From: Acidimicrobiales bacterium
Lineage (GTDB): Bacteria > Actinomycetota > Acidimicrobiia > Acidimicrobiales > Bog-793
DNA length: 64,000 nt
Reading direction: 5' to 3'
NCBI GenBank assembly: GCA_050015475.1
Contig: JBEKBI010000004.1
Coordinates: 34,198-98,197, forward strand
In this document: positions 19,039 to 27,623 of the stretch, piece after piece
Layout of the letters: each line of letters starts with the position of its first letter
Position numbering within the stretch: position 1 is the stretch's first letter
The notes under the pieces: model-generated
What the model saw: only the letters and a program-made list of their open reading frames with translations
Databases searched by the model: none
Told to the model about the DNA's origin: nothing
Made by a program: the position numbers and the translations under genes

Positions 19039-20619
19039 TCACTCAGTCCGTAGTGCGCTTTCCTGCTTGGCTGGGAACTCTTCACTTACGAGGGTCGCGG
19101 AGTTCCGGCTGAGCGTCTCCCCGCGGAAGAACGCCGGCCGGAAGGCCTCCATCGCGAACATCAGCACGACTCCGAGCAGAAGCGTGCCTACGTCGAGGAT
19201 GAAAGTGCCGCCGATCTGGCGATGGAGCACGCCCCAGTGCGTGGAGCTGTTGGCTGGCTGCCAGTAGTACCAGAAGGACCACCCGAGGATGACGTACATG
19301 ATGAGGCCGCCGAGGGTGGGGAAGACGCCCTGCAAGAAGAAGTTCCGCACGTTGCTTGTCAGGGTCTTGCGGTAGTACCAGGCGCATGCGAACCCAGTGA
19401 GCCCGTAGTAAAAGGCGATCATCACACCCAGCGAGTCGACTGAGTCGCTGATTACGTGGCCGGCGGAGAGGAAGTTCATGACGACATAGAGAGCGATCGA
19501 CGACGCTCCCATGGCCACAGTCGAAACCGTAGGGGTTAGGTGGCGCTTGTGAATCTTGGCGAACGCGCTCGGAATGGACTTGTAGACGGCCATCGAGAGC
19601 GTCGTCCGCGCATTCGGCAAGATCGTGGTTTGCGTTGAGGCGGCCGCCGAAGACAGCACCATCAACAGCAGGAGGTGATCTAACACCGAGGCGAACGTCG
19701 AATGGCCGAAGATCGCCGGACCGAGGATCGACAAGACGTCGTTCGTGTGGCTGGGATTGCCAAGGCCTATGCCGGTAGTCCCGATACCGGCGAACGACTG
19801 GACAGAAAGGATGACGAGCGTATAAGTGGCAAGCAACACGAACGTTGAGAGAACAGCGGCCTTCCCGGGCACGGTTTCGGAGTCGGCGGTTTCCTCGTTC
19901 ACCGACACGGCCGTGTCCCAACCCCAGTAAATGAACAGCATGTCTGTCAGGCCGACCACGAAGTCGCTGAAGTGCTTAACAGCGAAGGGGTCGAACCAAG
20001 AGCCCGTGACTGCGAGGTGCCCGGCTGGAGCAGTGCCGTCGCCGACTCTTATGAGAGCCCAGATCGACATCACCGCCAGCATCGTGAGCTCGATCCCGAG
20101 CAACGCCTTCTGAAAGTTGGCGGACATCTCGATGCCGACGTAACAGATCCAGCTCATGAACACGATCCAGAGGATGCCGACGAGTAGCACCCAAGGACTG
20201 GCGGCGTTATCCCCGATGCGGGTCGCGTTGAACAGGTCGAAGAGGTACTGCCCGGCAATCTGGGCGAGGCTCGCCATCACGATTACGTCCGCGGCGATGA
20301 TGCCCCAGCCGCCCATCCACCCCACGCGAGGAGTGAACGCCCTCGTCGCCCAGGTGAACGTTGTCCCGCAGTCTGGGTCGACATTGTTCATCTGCTGGTA
20401 GCCCATCGAGATGAACCACATCGGGAAGAAGGCAAGGACCGTGACGATCGGCGCCTGTACGCCGATGGCCGCCACCACGAATCCGAGAGTCGCCGCCATG
20501 CTGTACGCGGGCGCCGTCGAGGCCACACCGATGACGACGCTCGAGATCAGGCCGAGAGCACCTGATTTGAGCCCCTCTTCTGGTGCTCGACCTGCAGATG
20601 TGGTGACGCTCGAAGTCAT
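19039..20619 (-). CDS. APC superfamily amino acid/polyamine permease
   Basis: 526 aa with about 12-13 hydrophobic segments. The N-terminal region LKSGALGLISSVVIGVASTAPAYS is typical of APC transporters. Confidence 0.85.
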   Translation of the reverse strand: MTSSVTTSAGRAPEEGLKSGALGLISSVVIGVASTAPAYSMAATLGFVVAAIGVQAPIVTVLAFFPMWFISMGYQQMNNVDPDCGTTFTWATRAFTPRVGWMGGWGIIAADVIVMASLAQIAGQYLFDLFNATRIGDNAASPWVLLVGILWIVFMSWICYVGIEMSANFQKALLGIELTMLAVMSIWALIRVGDGTAPAGHLAVTGSWFDPFAVKHFSDFVVGLTDMLFIYWGWDTAVSVNEETADSETVPGKAAVLSTFVLLATYTLVILSVQSFAGIGTTGIGLGNPSHTNDVLSILGPAIFGHSTFASVLDHLLLLMVLSSAAASTQTTILPNARTTLSMAVYKSIPSAFAKIHKRHLTPTVSTVAMGASSIALYVVMNFLSAGHVISDSVDSLGVMIAFYYGLTGFACAWYYRKTLTSNVRNFFLQGVFPTLGGLIMYVILGWSFWYYWQPANSSTHWGVLHRQIGGTFILDVGTLLLGVVLMFAMEAFRPAFFRGETLSRNSATLVSEEFPAKQESALRTE

Positions 20620-20747
20620 ATCACCCTCTCTCGTCGCGCTCCGCGGCCCTTAACCCGGCGCAGCGCGGGGGCTTGTACCCTCGACTGAGTCACTTCCCGA
20701 TTTTGGGCACCATAGTTCCTTGGAAGCCGGTCCGTTTGGCCTGCTGG

Positions 20748-20801
20748 AAAAAGCGAGCCGAGCGGCAATCCAGTTCGGATCGCAGGCTCTGGGGCGCTCG
20801 C
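20748..20801 (-). terminator. Possible intrinsic terminator downstream of the ABC transporter pair
   Basis: Read on the minus strand: GCGAGC..[GCGATCC-GAACT-GGATTGC]..GCTCGC followed by TTTTT, a rare T-run in this GC-rich sequence. It starts 34 nt after the permease stop. The structure is branched and imperfect. Confidence 0.3.
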
Positions 20802-20834
20802 CGGCAGTGCAGCGAATTGCCCCGTTCAAGAGGT

Positions 20835-22139
20835 CTAGCCAGTTGCCCGAGAGAAGATCTCCCGGAGCTGAACTCGCCGGCCGGTGCGTAGGATGGCTCT
20901 CCGATAGACATTCGACGCGACACGCGCGACGCCGACAGTGCAAACGAGGCTGATGACCACTGAGGCGGCGAATTCCCACCAGGTGACGGCGCGGAGGCCC
21001 ACCAGGACCGGCATGGCGAACGGGGCCGTTGGCGGCAAGTACGCCAGCACCTTGAAGAACGTCGACGGGCTTGCCGAGCTTGCTTGGATCAGCGCCATCA
21101 CATACCCGAAGACGATCGGGAGGCTGAGCGGGATCGCGAGGCTCTGCACCTGGTCTTGACGCTCGACCATCGAGCCCGCGGCGGCGTAAACCCAGCAGTA
21201 GAAGGCGTATCCGAGCACCAGCCACGCGAGCGTGCTCGCGAGCACTAAGGGTGCCGTGCCATGCAGGAGATCCGAGCCCACGGCCTCCGCCAGGCCTAGG
21301 GCGAACGCGACCACGAGGGCCGCCTGGGCGAAGGCGACCATTCCGATTCCGAGGACCTTGCCGGTGAGGAGCTGGATCGGGCGCATCGCGGCGAGGAGCA
21401 CCTCCACGACACGGCTGGATTTCTCCTCCATGACTCCGACCAAGATCCAGGTGTTGTACTGAGTGAGCATCATGAATATGAGGATCAGACCGACTATCGA
21501 CGTGGTCTGCTGAGCTCCTTTCGCTGCACCGCCTTGGAGGCTCCTAACAGCAAGAGGCTTGGCGCCGGCCAACTCCGACAACTGAGCGGCCGTGATGCCG
21601 GCTGCTTGGGCAGCTTCGGCCAATCCGAGGTTCTGTGAGACCACGCCGACGAGCTGAGCAGTCGTCGACGTGTCGTCCGATCCGATCGGCTTGTTCACAA
21701 ATATCTTGGAACTGTTGACGATCGCGGCCTCGAGCCTGCCGGAGCGCAGACCAGCCTTGGCGGCGTCCAAGCTCGCCTCGGGGTCGAGGTGGACTTTGAC
21801 GCCGATGCTTGAGGCGGACGCGACGATCGTCGCCCGCAGCGGTGCGGGGAGTTCACCGACGATGCCCACTTGTTGAGTCTGCGGCTGGCTCCTCGTCACG
21901 ACCGGGATGACGATGGCCCCCGCCACCACCGCCAAGACCAGCAGCGTCCCGACACGAAACACCCTGCCCCGGACTCGCTCTCGGACCTCCCGGGCCGCGA
22001 CGAGCCCGACATCGCTCTTGAAGATTGTGGCGCGCGACGGGATCCGTCGTTCGCCGCGAGTGGAGCGGTTCCGACGCCCTCGCCACACCCTCAACGCCAC
22101 GACTATCGCAAGTCCGGCCAGGCCGAGAATCCAGTTCAC
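20835..22139 (-). CDS. ABC-2 type transporter permease (NatB-like)
   Basis: Overlaps the upstream ATPase gene by 4 nt. It has a large extracytoplasmic loop after TM1, followed by five clustered TM segments, the layout of NatB/ABC-2 permeases. Confidence 0.7.
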   Translation of the reverse strand: MNWILGLAGLAIVVALRVWRGRRNRSTRGERRIPSRATIFKSDVGLVAAREVRERVRGRVFRVGTLLVLAVVAGAIVIPVVTRSQPQTQQVGIVGELPAPLRATIVASASSIGVKVHLDPEASLDAAKAGLRSGRLEAAIVNSSKIFVNKPIGSDDTSTTAQLVGVVSQNLGLAEAAQAAGITAAQLSELAGAKPLAVRSLQGGAAKGAQQTTSIVGLILIFMMLTQYNTWILVGVMEEKSSRVVEVLLAAMRPIQLLTGKVLGIGMVAFAQAALVVAFALGLAEAVGSDLLHGTAPLVLASTLAWLVLGYAFYCWVYAAAGSMVERQDQVQSLAIPLSLPIVFGYVMALIQASSASPSTFFKVLAYLPPTAPFAMPVLVGLRAVTWWEFAASVVISLVCTVGVARVASNVYRRAILRTGRRVQLREIFSRATG

Positions 22140-23032
22140 GCCAGCGCCTCCCGGAAGACCTCGGACAGGCGCCTGCGTGCGAAGGCGAACTCTGTCACTC
22201 GCCCGACTGCCATCGCGGCCCGCAGGACGTCATCGCTGTCGACCGACTGGTCGAGCACAAGTCTTGCCGCACCACCATCGATCTCGGAGACAGTCACCCC
22301 GGTGATGTGGTGAGCCCACGCCGCGTCCCGGTCACCTGATACCCGCACGACGAGGCGTCGCGCGCCGCTCGTCGCCAGATCATCCACCCTTCCGGAGACG
22401 ACGAGACGACCGTGGTCGATGATCGTGACCGTCTCGCAGAGGTCCTCGACCTGGTCGAGCTGGTGGCTCGAGAAAAGCACACAGCATCCTGATCGAGCCC
22501 GTTCGACGAGTACATCGCCGATGGCGTCTATCCCGCTCGGGTCCAAACCTGCCAGGGGTTCGTCGAGAACCAGAAGCTCCGGATCGTGGAGCAACGCCGC
22601 CGCCAGTTGCACCCGTTGTTGGTTCCCATGCGAGAGCGCTTCGACTTTGCTGGTAGCCCTGTCGGCGACCCCGAGCCTCTCCAGCCACGTCTTGGTGGCG
22701 GTCGCGGCGTCGCGGGCGGTCATCGCGTGCAGCTTCCCGAGATACTCGAGCTGTTCTCCGACGAGCATGCCGGGATAAAGGCCTCTCTCTTCCGGCATGT
22801 ATCCGAAACGACGTCGTTCCGCCTGACCCACCTCGGCGGCATTCCAGGCAACCTTCCCGGCATCGAGGTCGACCAGACCGAAGATCGCTCGCATCGTGGT
22901 TGTCTTTCCCGCGCCGTTTGGACCAAGGAAGCCCGCGACCTGTCCGGCCCGAACGGCGAACGAGAGGTTGTCGAGAGCGGTGATAGTCCCGTAGCGGCGC
23001 GTCAGACCTTCGAGCTCCAGCAAGCCGTCCAT
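22136..23032 (-). CDS. ABC transporter ATP-binding protein (NatA-like)
   Basis: Walker A GPNGAGKTT, signature LSHGNQQRVQLA, Walker B LLVLDEP, H-loop SSHQL. Confidence 0.9.
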   Translation of the reverse strand: MDGLLELEGLTRRYGTITALDNLSFAVRAGQVAGFLGPNGAGKTTTMRAIFGLVDLDAGKVAWNAAEVGQAERRRFGYMPEERGLYPGMLVGEQLEYLGKLHAMTARDAATATKTWLERLGVADRATSKVEALSHGNQQRVQLAAALLHDPELLVLDEPLAGLDPSGIDAIGDVLVERARSGCCVLFSSHQLDQVEDLCETVTIIDHGRLVVSGRVDDLATSGARRLVVRVSGDRDAAWAHHITGVTVSEIDGGAARLVLDQSVDSDDVLRAAMAVGRVTEFAFARRRLSEVFREALA

Positions 23033-23209
23033 TGCCTGAGCCTACGTTTTGTCTCTGTGTGGCCGGACAGCGGCCGAACGCGGCACGGACCGAGCTGCCA
23101 GGGTGTGGCGTGCTCGCGGCCACGGCGGAAGCTCGCCGGTCAGGTGACCGGCCCGGGTCACGGCGATGAGTCCTTGGGCTCCGGCAAGCATCCGCTGTCC
23201 CCAGGTCAC

Positions 23210-25048
23210 CTACGGCTGCGCCGTTCGTTCGGCGAACACCTTCAAGAAGATCAACCAGAGATGGACTGTCACCGGACCCTGGCGCAACACAGTTGTGCGA
23301 ACAAGGGTCGGACGATAAGGCCCGAGAGCCGTGAGAGCCTGTGCGAAGCCGGTGCTCTCCGTGCCGAGGAGTAGCAACTCGGCGGGGCGCCTGGTCGAGA
23401 GCACGGCTGCGTCCACCGCGCTGAAGGCCGGGAGCCCGGTGGGGAGAAGATTGAAGCCGGCGTGAAACATGCCGATCTCTTCCATGAGCGGTCCGATCTC
23501 GCCCGCAGGACACCACATCAGTAGCTGTTCACCTTGGTAGGTGGGGTTGCCAACGAACGACGGGATGGCGGCACTTACCCGATACTCATCGATCAGGTAG
23601 GTGGCACTGCCACCCAGGGCGCCCGCGTACTGGGGAGTGGGATCGAGCGTAAGGGTGTTCACCCATGGAGAGACTGTGAGGACGAGCAGAGACCCCATGA
23701 TCCCGATAAGAGCGATGGCGACACTTAACACAGGCACGGCGCGGCTGGCCGAATGCGCGGCCCGCCTACGGTTCACTCCGTTCACGATGGTGGCAAGCGC
23801 GACGGGAACGAGGGCCAAGAGCGCACCCACCGGGAGCCACTGGAAGGAAGGAACGTGCGGGTCGGCCTCATACGCGAGTGGGACGACGAGGAGGACCGCG
23901 GCGGGGAGCCACCGCGCGATTCGGCGAGCCTCGAGCGGTCGGCTGATCTCGGCGAGAGTGATGGCGAGAGCCAGGCAGACCACTCCCCAGAGTGTCGACG
24001 AGAAGTAGTGCATCTCGAGCGTCTCGACGTGGTTGAAAAACTGCAAGTAAACGAAGACAGCGAACTGGGCGGCGCACGTTACACCGACGAAGAGCAGGGG
24101 CGTTGCGATGGCACGGAGCCTTCGCCCGAGCGTCGCCGCGAACGTGACGACCACCGACGGCGGGACCAAGAGATACGGCACGTGCAGCACCCATCGCCTG
24201 TCGTTGGTGTGCCAGAGAGCAGTTTGGCTGGGTTGGTTCAAGAAGGCCGCGGCGGCAAACGTCGGTCTGATGAAGTCGAGTTGGCCGAGGACGGCAGCCG
24301 AGGCACCCATCAGAATTGCAGTCGTCGAGACAAAGACGCCGACCATGAACGCGCCGTCTCGAAGAAGGCTTTGCCGCTCGCGCGCGTAGCGCACGCCCGC
24401 GTAGACCACAGCTGTGGTGACAACGAGGACAATGCCCATGCCATGCGACCAGGCCGCAAGCGTCATCAGAACGCCCGCTGCCGCGAGCCAAGCTACGCGC
24501 CAACGCGTCCGACACGGCATTGCCAGGCACGCGACCGCGCCGACGACATACGAGACGACGGCGGAGTCCGGATAGTCGGTTCCCCAGGCTGTGATGATCA
24601 CGGGCGAGCTCAGCAGGATGACGATCGCCACTGCGCCCGCGGGGATGCCGTAGAGGCGCCGCAGCAGCAAGTAGGCGGGCACGATCGCTATCAGGGCGAA
24701 CAGATAGCGGGTGACGAAGAAGCCAGGGACGGCCCCAAAGGCAAGATAGGCGAGACGGGCGAGGACGAGGAACCCCGCCTGGGCTCCCTCGCGCATTCGT
24801 GCCGTCGAGGCGAAAGCGGTCGCGTAACGCGTGAACATCTGACTTGGGTCGACGATGTAAACCGTGTGCATGCTCGGATCAGGCAGCCAGACCGGAGACA
24901 TCGCTCGGATCCTGAGTACAAAAAAGGCCACGGCCGGCGCGACCGCGACGGCACATCCTTCGGCGAGAAGGGGCCAGAGGTGGCGCCTGCGCCTGGGCGC
25001 TTGTCCAATCACGGCCGGCTCAGGAGCACCGCGACTGGTGTCGGGCAC
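23210..25048 (-). CDS. Polytopic membrane protein, possibly a GT-C-fold glycosyltransferase
   Basis: 612 aa. At least 12 hydrophobic segments fill the first ~450 aa, followed by a ~160-aa soluble C-terminal domain. I recognise no named motif with certainty; the call rests on architecture only. Confidence 0.4.
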   Translation of the reverse strand: MPDTSRGAPEPAVIGQAPRRRRHLWPLLAEGCAVAVAPAVAFFVLRIRAMSPVWLPDPSMHTVYIVDPSQMFTRYATAFASTARMREGAQAGFLVLARLAYLAFGAVPGFFVTRYLFALIAIVPAYLLLRRLYGIPAGAVAIVILLSSPVIITAWGTDYPDSAVVSYVVGAVACLAMPCRTRWRVAWLAAAGVLMTLAAWSHGMGIVLVVTTAVVYAGVRYARERQSLLRDGAFMVGVFVSTTAILMGASAAVLGQLDFIRPTFAAAAFLNQPSQTALWHTNDRRWVLHVPYLLVPPSVVVTFAATLGRRLRAIATPLLFVGVTCAAQFAVFVYLQFFNHVETLEMHYFSSTLWGVVCLALAITLAEISRPLEARRIARWLPAAVLLVVPLAYEADPHVPSFQWLPVGALLALVPVALATIVNGVNRRRAAHSASRAVPVLSVAIALIGIMGSLLVLTVSPWVNTLTLDPTPQYAGALGGSATYLIDEYRVSAAIPSFVGNPTYQGEQLLMWCPAGEIGPLMEEIGMFHAGFNLLPTGLPAFSAVDAAVLSTRRPAELLLLGTESTGFAQALTALGPYRPTLVRTTVLRQGPVTVHLWLIFLKVFAERTAQP

Positions 25049-25389
25049 GGGACAAAGCTACCAGGCGACGTCTCCGTCCAGCAGCGACGGCGCGATATTG
25101 CTGGCGGCACCGACGGCCGTTTTGGAGGTGGGCATCGGCGCCCTCCGGCAAGGGTTCGTGCTGGCGCCTGGCGAGGCGGACGGCTTGAAACCAGCACCCG
25201 GCGAAGCGGTCAGTCCCCAGGCGATGTGGGCCCGGAGCAAGCGGAGTTTCCGGCGTACGGCCCAGGTCCCCGGACGGCGGGCTCAGACGGCGCCTGAGAG
25301 TGGACGCCCCCAGACCACGCCGAACGCGATCTTCGACGCACCCGGCTCGAGGGTCGCTTCCCTTCCCGAAAGGCCGTAAGTTGGTTTTC

Positions 25390-26148
25390 ATGTTCTTCTT
25401 GCCCTGGCACCTGTCGGATTCCCTGTCCGCCGGGCTGAACGTCGCGCTTCCTCCGAGAACGATCCAGCTTGGGGGGGAGCCTGACACCACCGGTGATCCG
25501 TGGCGTGACTTGATTGGTGTGTACGCGCCGCTGGCGGACGCGGTCGCGCAAGATGAGGCAAGGCCGACGGTCGTGATAAGCGGCGACTGCATGGCCTCGT
25601 TGGCAGTCTTGGCGGGCGTCCAGCGCCGTGGTGTCCAGCCGAGCCTCGTCTGGTTCGACGCGCACGGGGATTTTCACACCGAGGCGTCGACGACCTCGGG
25701 GTACCTGGGAGGCTTGCCTCTGGCCAAGGCAGTCGGTCGGGGGAACCTGACATTGCCTGCCGCCCTCGGGCTCACCTCGCTAAGTGACGAGTCGGTGACG
25801 CTCGTCGACGGCAGGGACCTCGACCCCGCCGAAGCTGCGGCGCTCGCTGCCTCGCGGGTGAGGCGCGTTGCGGTCGGGGAGCTTGACGCCACGCGCTTGC
25901 CGGAGGGCCCGATGGTCGTGCACGTCGACGTCGACACGGTGGATCCATCCGAGCTGGCAGGTCTTCGCTTTCCGTCGCCTGACGGACCGACTCTGCGACA
26001 GGTGGCTGACGCCCTGGGGAAGCTCGTGGGAAAGAGGCCTCTCGCTGCGCTCGACATCGGCGCGACGTGGCGCCCAGGGGACACGATCAGGGCGCAGACC
26101 GACGCGGTTCTCTCAGCGCTGTTATCGAGCATCGGCCTCCGGTATTAG
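25390..26148 (+). CDS. Arginase/agmatinase/formiminoglutamase (ureohydrolase) family protein, divergent
   Basis: LVWFDAHGDFHT (DAHxD box) and VVHVDVDTVDP (DxDxxDP box). The first metal box reads SGDCM instead of GGDHS. Start set at ATG 25390 (MFFLPWH), inside track ORF 25300..26148. Confidence 0.7.
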   Translation: MFFLPWHLSDSLSAGLNVALPPRTIQLGGEPDTTGDPWRDLIGVYAPLADAVAQDEARPTVVISGDCMASLAVLAGVQRRGVQPSLVWFDAHGDFHTEASTTSGYLGGLPLAKAVGRGNLTLPAALGLTSLSDESVTLVDGRDLDPAEAAALAASRVRRVAVGELDATRLPEGPMVVHVDVDTVDPSELAGLRFPSPDGPTLRQVADALGKLVGKRPLAALDIGATWRPGDTIRAQTDAVLSALLSSIGLRY

Positions 26149-26464
26149 GGAACACAGGGCCATTCGCTTCACTGGAGTTGAGCGGTCGCGCAAGTGCACG
26201 GTTGGCGCCAGTACCGGGGTGCCAGCGACTCGAGACTGCGCGGGCCGGCAGCAGGGACACTCGTAGTGGTGACGCCGCCGTCAAGGTCAAAGGTCTCCGC
26301 CGTAGCGGAGATCTCGTCGAGGAACGCGGAGGTCACGGCGCTAATGGCGCGGCGACGCGCTCAAGACGATCACCTCACCTCTCGAGCTACGCGACGGACG
26401 CGAGGACTTACGGCCGCAGCAGACCTCTAGAACGCTCGTTGGATCTACCCTCGAGTTGCCTGCG

Positions 26465-27550
26465 TCAGCGTGTCTGTGGAACGGCACCCGCTCCCTCGTA
26501 CGCAGGGCGCCGGCGAGCGAGTCGGCGCGGCGGTGCCGAGACGCGTTCGGGGCCAGTAGCTCTCGGTGACGCGAGCTTTCGCACCGGAGTCGGCGGAGTG
26601 AGCGGCATCGACTCAGCGCCTCCCGAAGACGAGCGGGGAGTCGGAGAGGCTTCCATCACGTGTGCCCCTGGCGCTTGCTGTGCCTCGACTTCAGCTGCAG
26701 CGGCGTCGGGCACATGCTCGTTATTGCGCCAGTTGTGCCACAAGTATCCCGCAAGCGGGGATATGACGATCAGCCCGACGATCACCCATCCCCACCAGCA
26801 AAGCGAGACAGACTCGCGAAGCACCAAGTAGCCGCTTTGGGAGGCTGGGCCCGTAAGGTGCACGATTGCCCCAGGTCTGACCACCTTCGCGGCCTGGCCG
26901 GTCGCTGTATGGAACGAAACCGAGAGAGACCCGGTGTTCACCACGGTTGTACGCACCAAGTGGTTCGGGAGAAGTGAGATCGACATCACGGTCGCCCTGA
27001 CCAATGGGTGAAACGCCCAGATTGGGAGGACGACCAACGCGGTCAGCCACAACCTGTCCCACGCTCGTCGCAGACGCCGCGTCACCCATTGGCGTGCTAG
27101 CACCCAGGCAAGGACGCCGACAGCCAGTAGCGGGAGGGCTTTCAGCAGCCATCCCAAGCCACGCACGTGGAACACGGCCCGTCCGACGATGTCCGATCGG
27201 GTGATCAGCCACGGGTCATGGGAAGGATTCGCGACACCACGGGTCTGGATCATCCCGTTCGAGAAGATGTGAGAGATCTCATGGGTGTACGTCTCATTCG
27301 GGGTGTCTGGTGGATGGAACGTGACCAGCTCTCCGACATGCACAGGGCCCTGCAACGGGCGATCGACGACCAGCGACCCGACACACACGACGGGGCACAT
27401 CGAGGGTGTCTCCATGACATACAGGCGCCCACCGGATAAGTTCCAGCCCAGTACCGCTGCGGCCAAGAGAGCCACCAAACCGAGCACACTCAATGAGAGC
27501 TCGCCGTCGGCCCTCCGCCGAGGAGTCTTCGTAGAGGGCGCGCGAGTCAT
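26465..27550 (-). CDS. SipW-like (ER/archaeal-type, S26B) signal peptidase I with long C-terminal membrane/disordered extension
   Basis: N-terminal TM (LSVLGLVALLAAAVLGW), Ser box YVMETPSMCPVVCVGSLVV, GELVTFHPP, His box YTHEISHI, TRGVANPSHDPWLI, IVGRAVFHVRGLGW. Start set at ATG 27550; the track start 27709 would overlap the upstream gene by 86 nt. Confidence 0.7.
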   Translation of the reverse strand: MTRAPSTKTPRRRADGELSLSVLGLVALLAAAVLGWNLSGGRLYVMETPSMCPVVCVGSLVVDRPLQGPVHVGELVTFHPPDTPNETYTHEISHIFSNGMIQTRGVANPSHDPWLITRSDIVGRAVFHVRGLGWLLKALPLLAVGVLAWVLARQWVTRRLRRAWDRLWLTALVVLPIWAFHPLVRATVMSISLLPNHLVRTTVVNTGSLSVSFHTATGQAAKVVRPGAIVHLTGPASQSGYLVLRESVSLCWWGWVIVGLIVISPLAGYLWHNWRNNEHVPDAAAAEVEAQQAPGAHVMEASPTPRSSSGGAESMPLTPPTPVRKLASPRATGPERVSAPPRRLARRRPAYEGAGAVPQTR

Positions 27551-27623
27551 GACACCCGGCAGCTCTCCGAATGCGTCCCGACCAACTCGGACGACCCGCG
27601 TCGCGGTCACCACCGCCTGCCTA

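Noticed and set aside
20620-20747. Riboswitch (glycine, lysine or other amino-acid type) in the ~215-nt leader of the APC permease gene.
   Set aside because: A CAGGCCAAACGGACCGG stretch vaguely recalls the glycine-riboswitch CUCAGGCAAAAGGAC box. However, I could not find the GGAGAG/CACCGAAGG elements or a second aptamer. An Rfam scan would be needed; I make no call.
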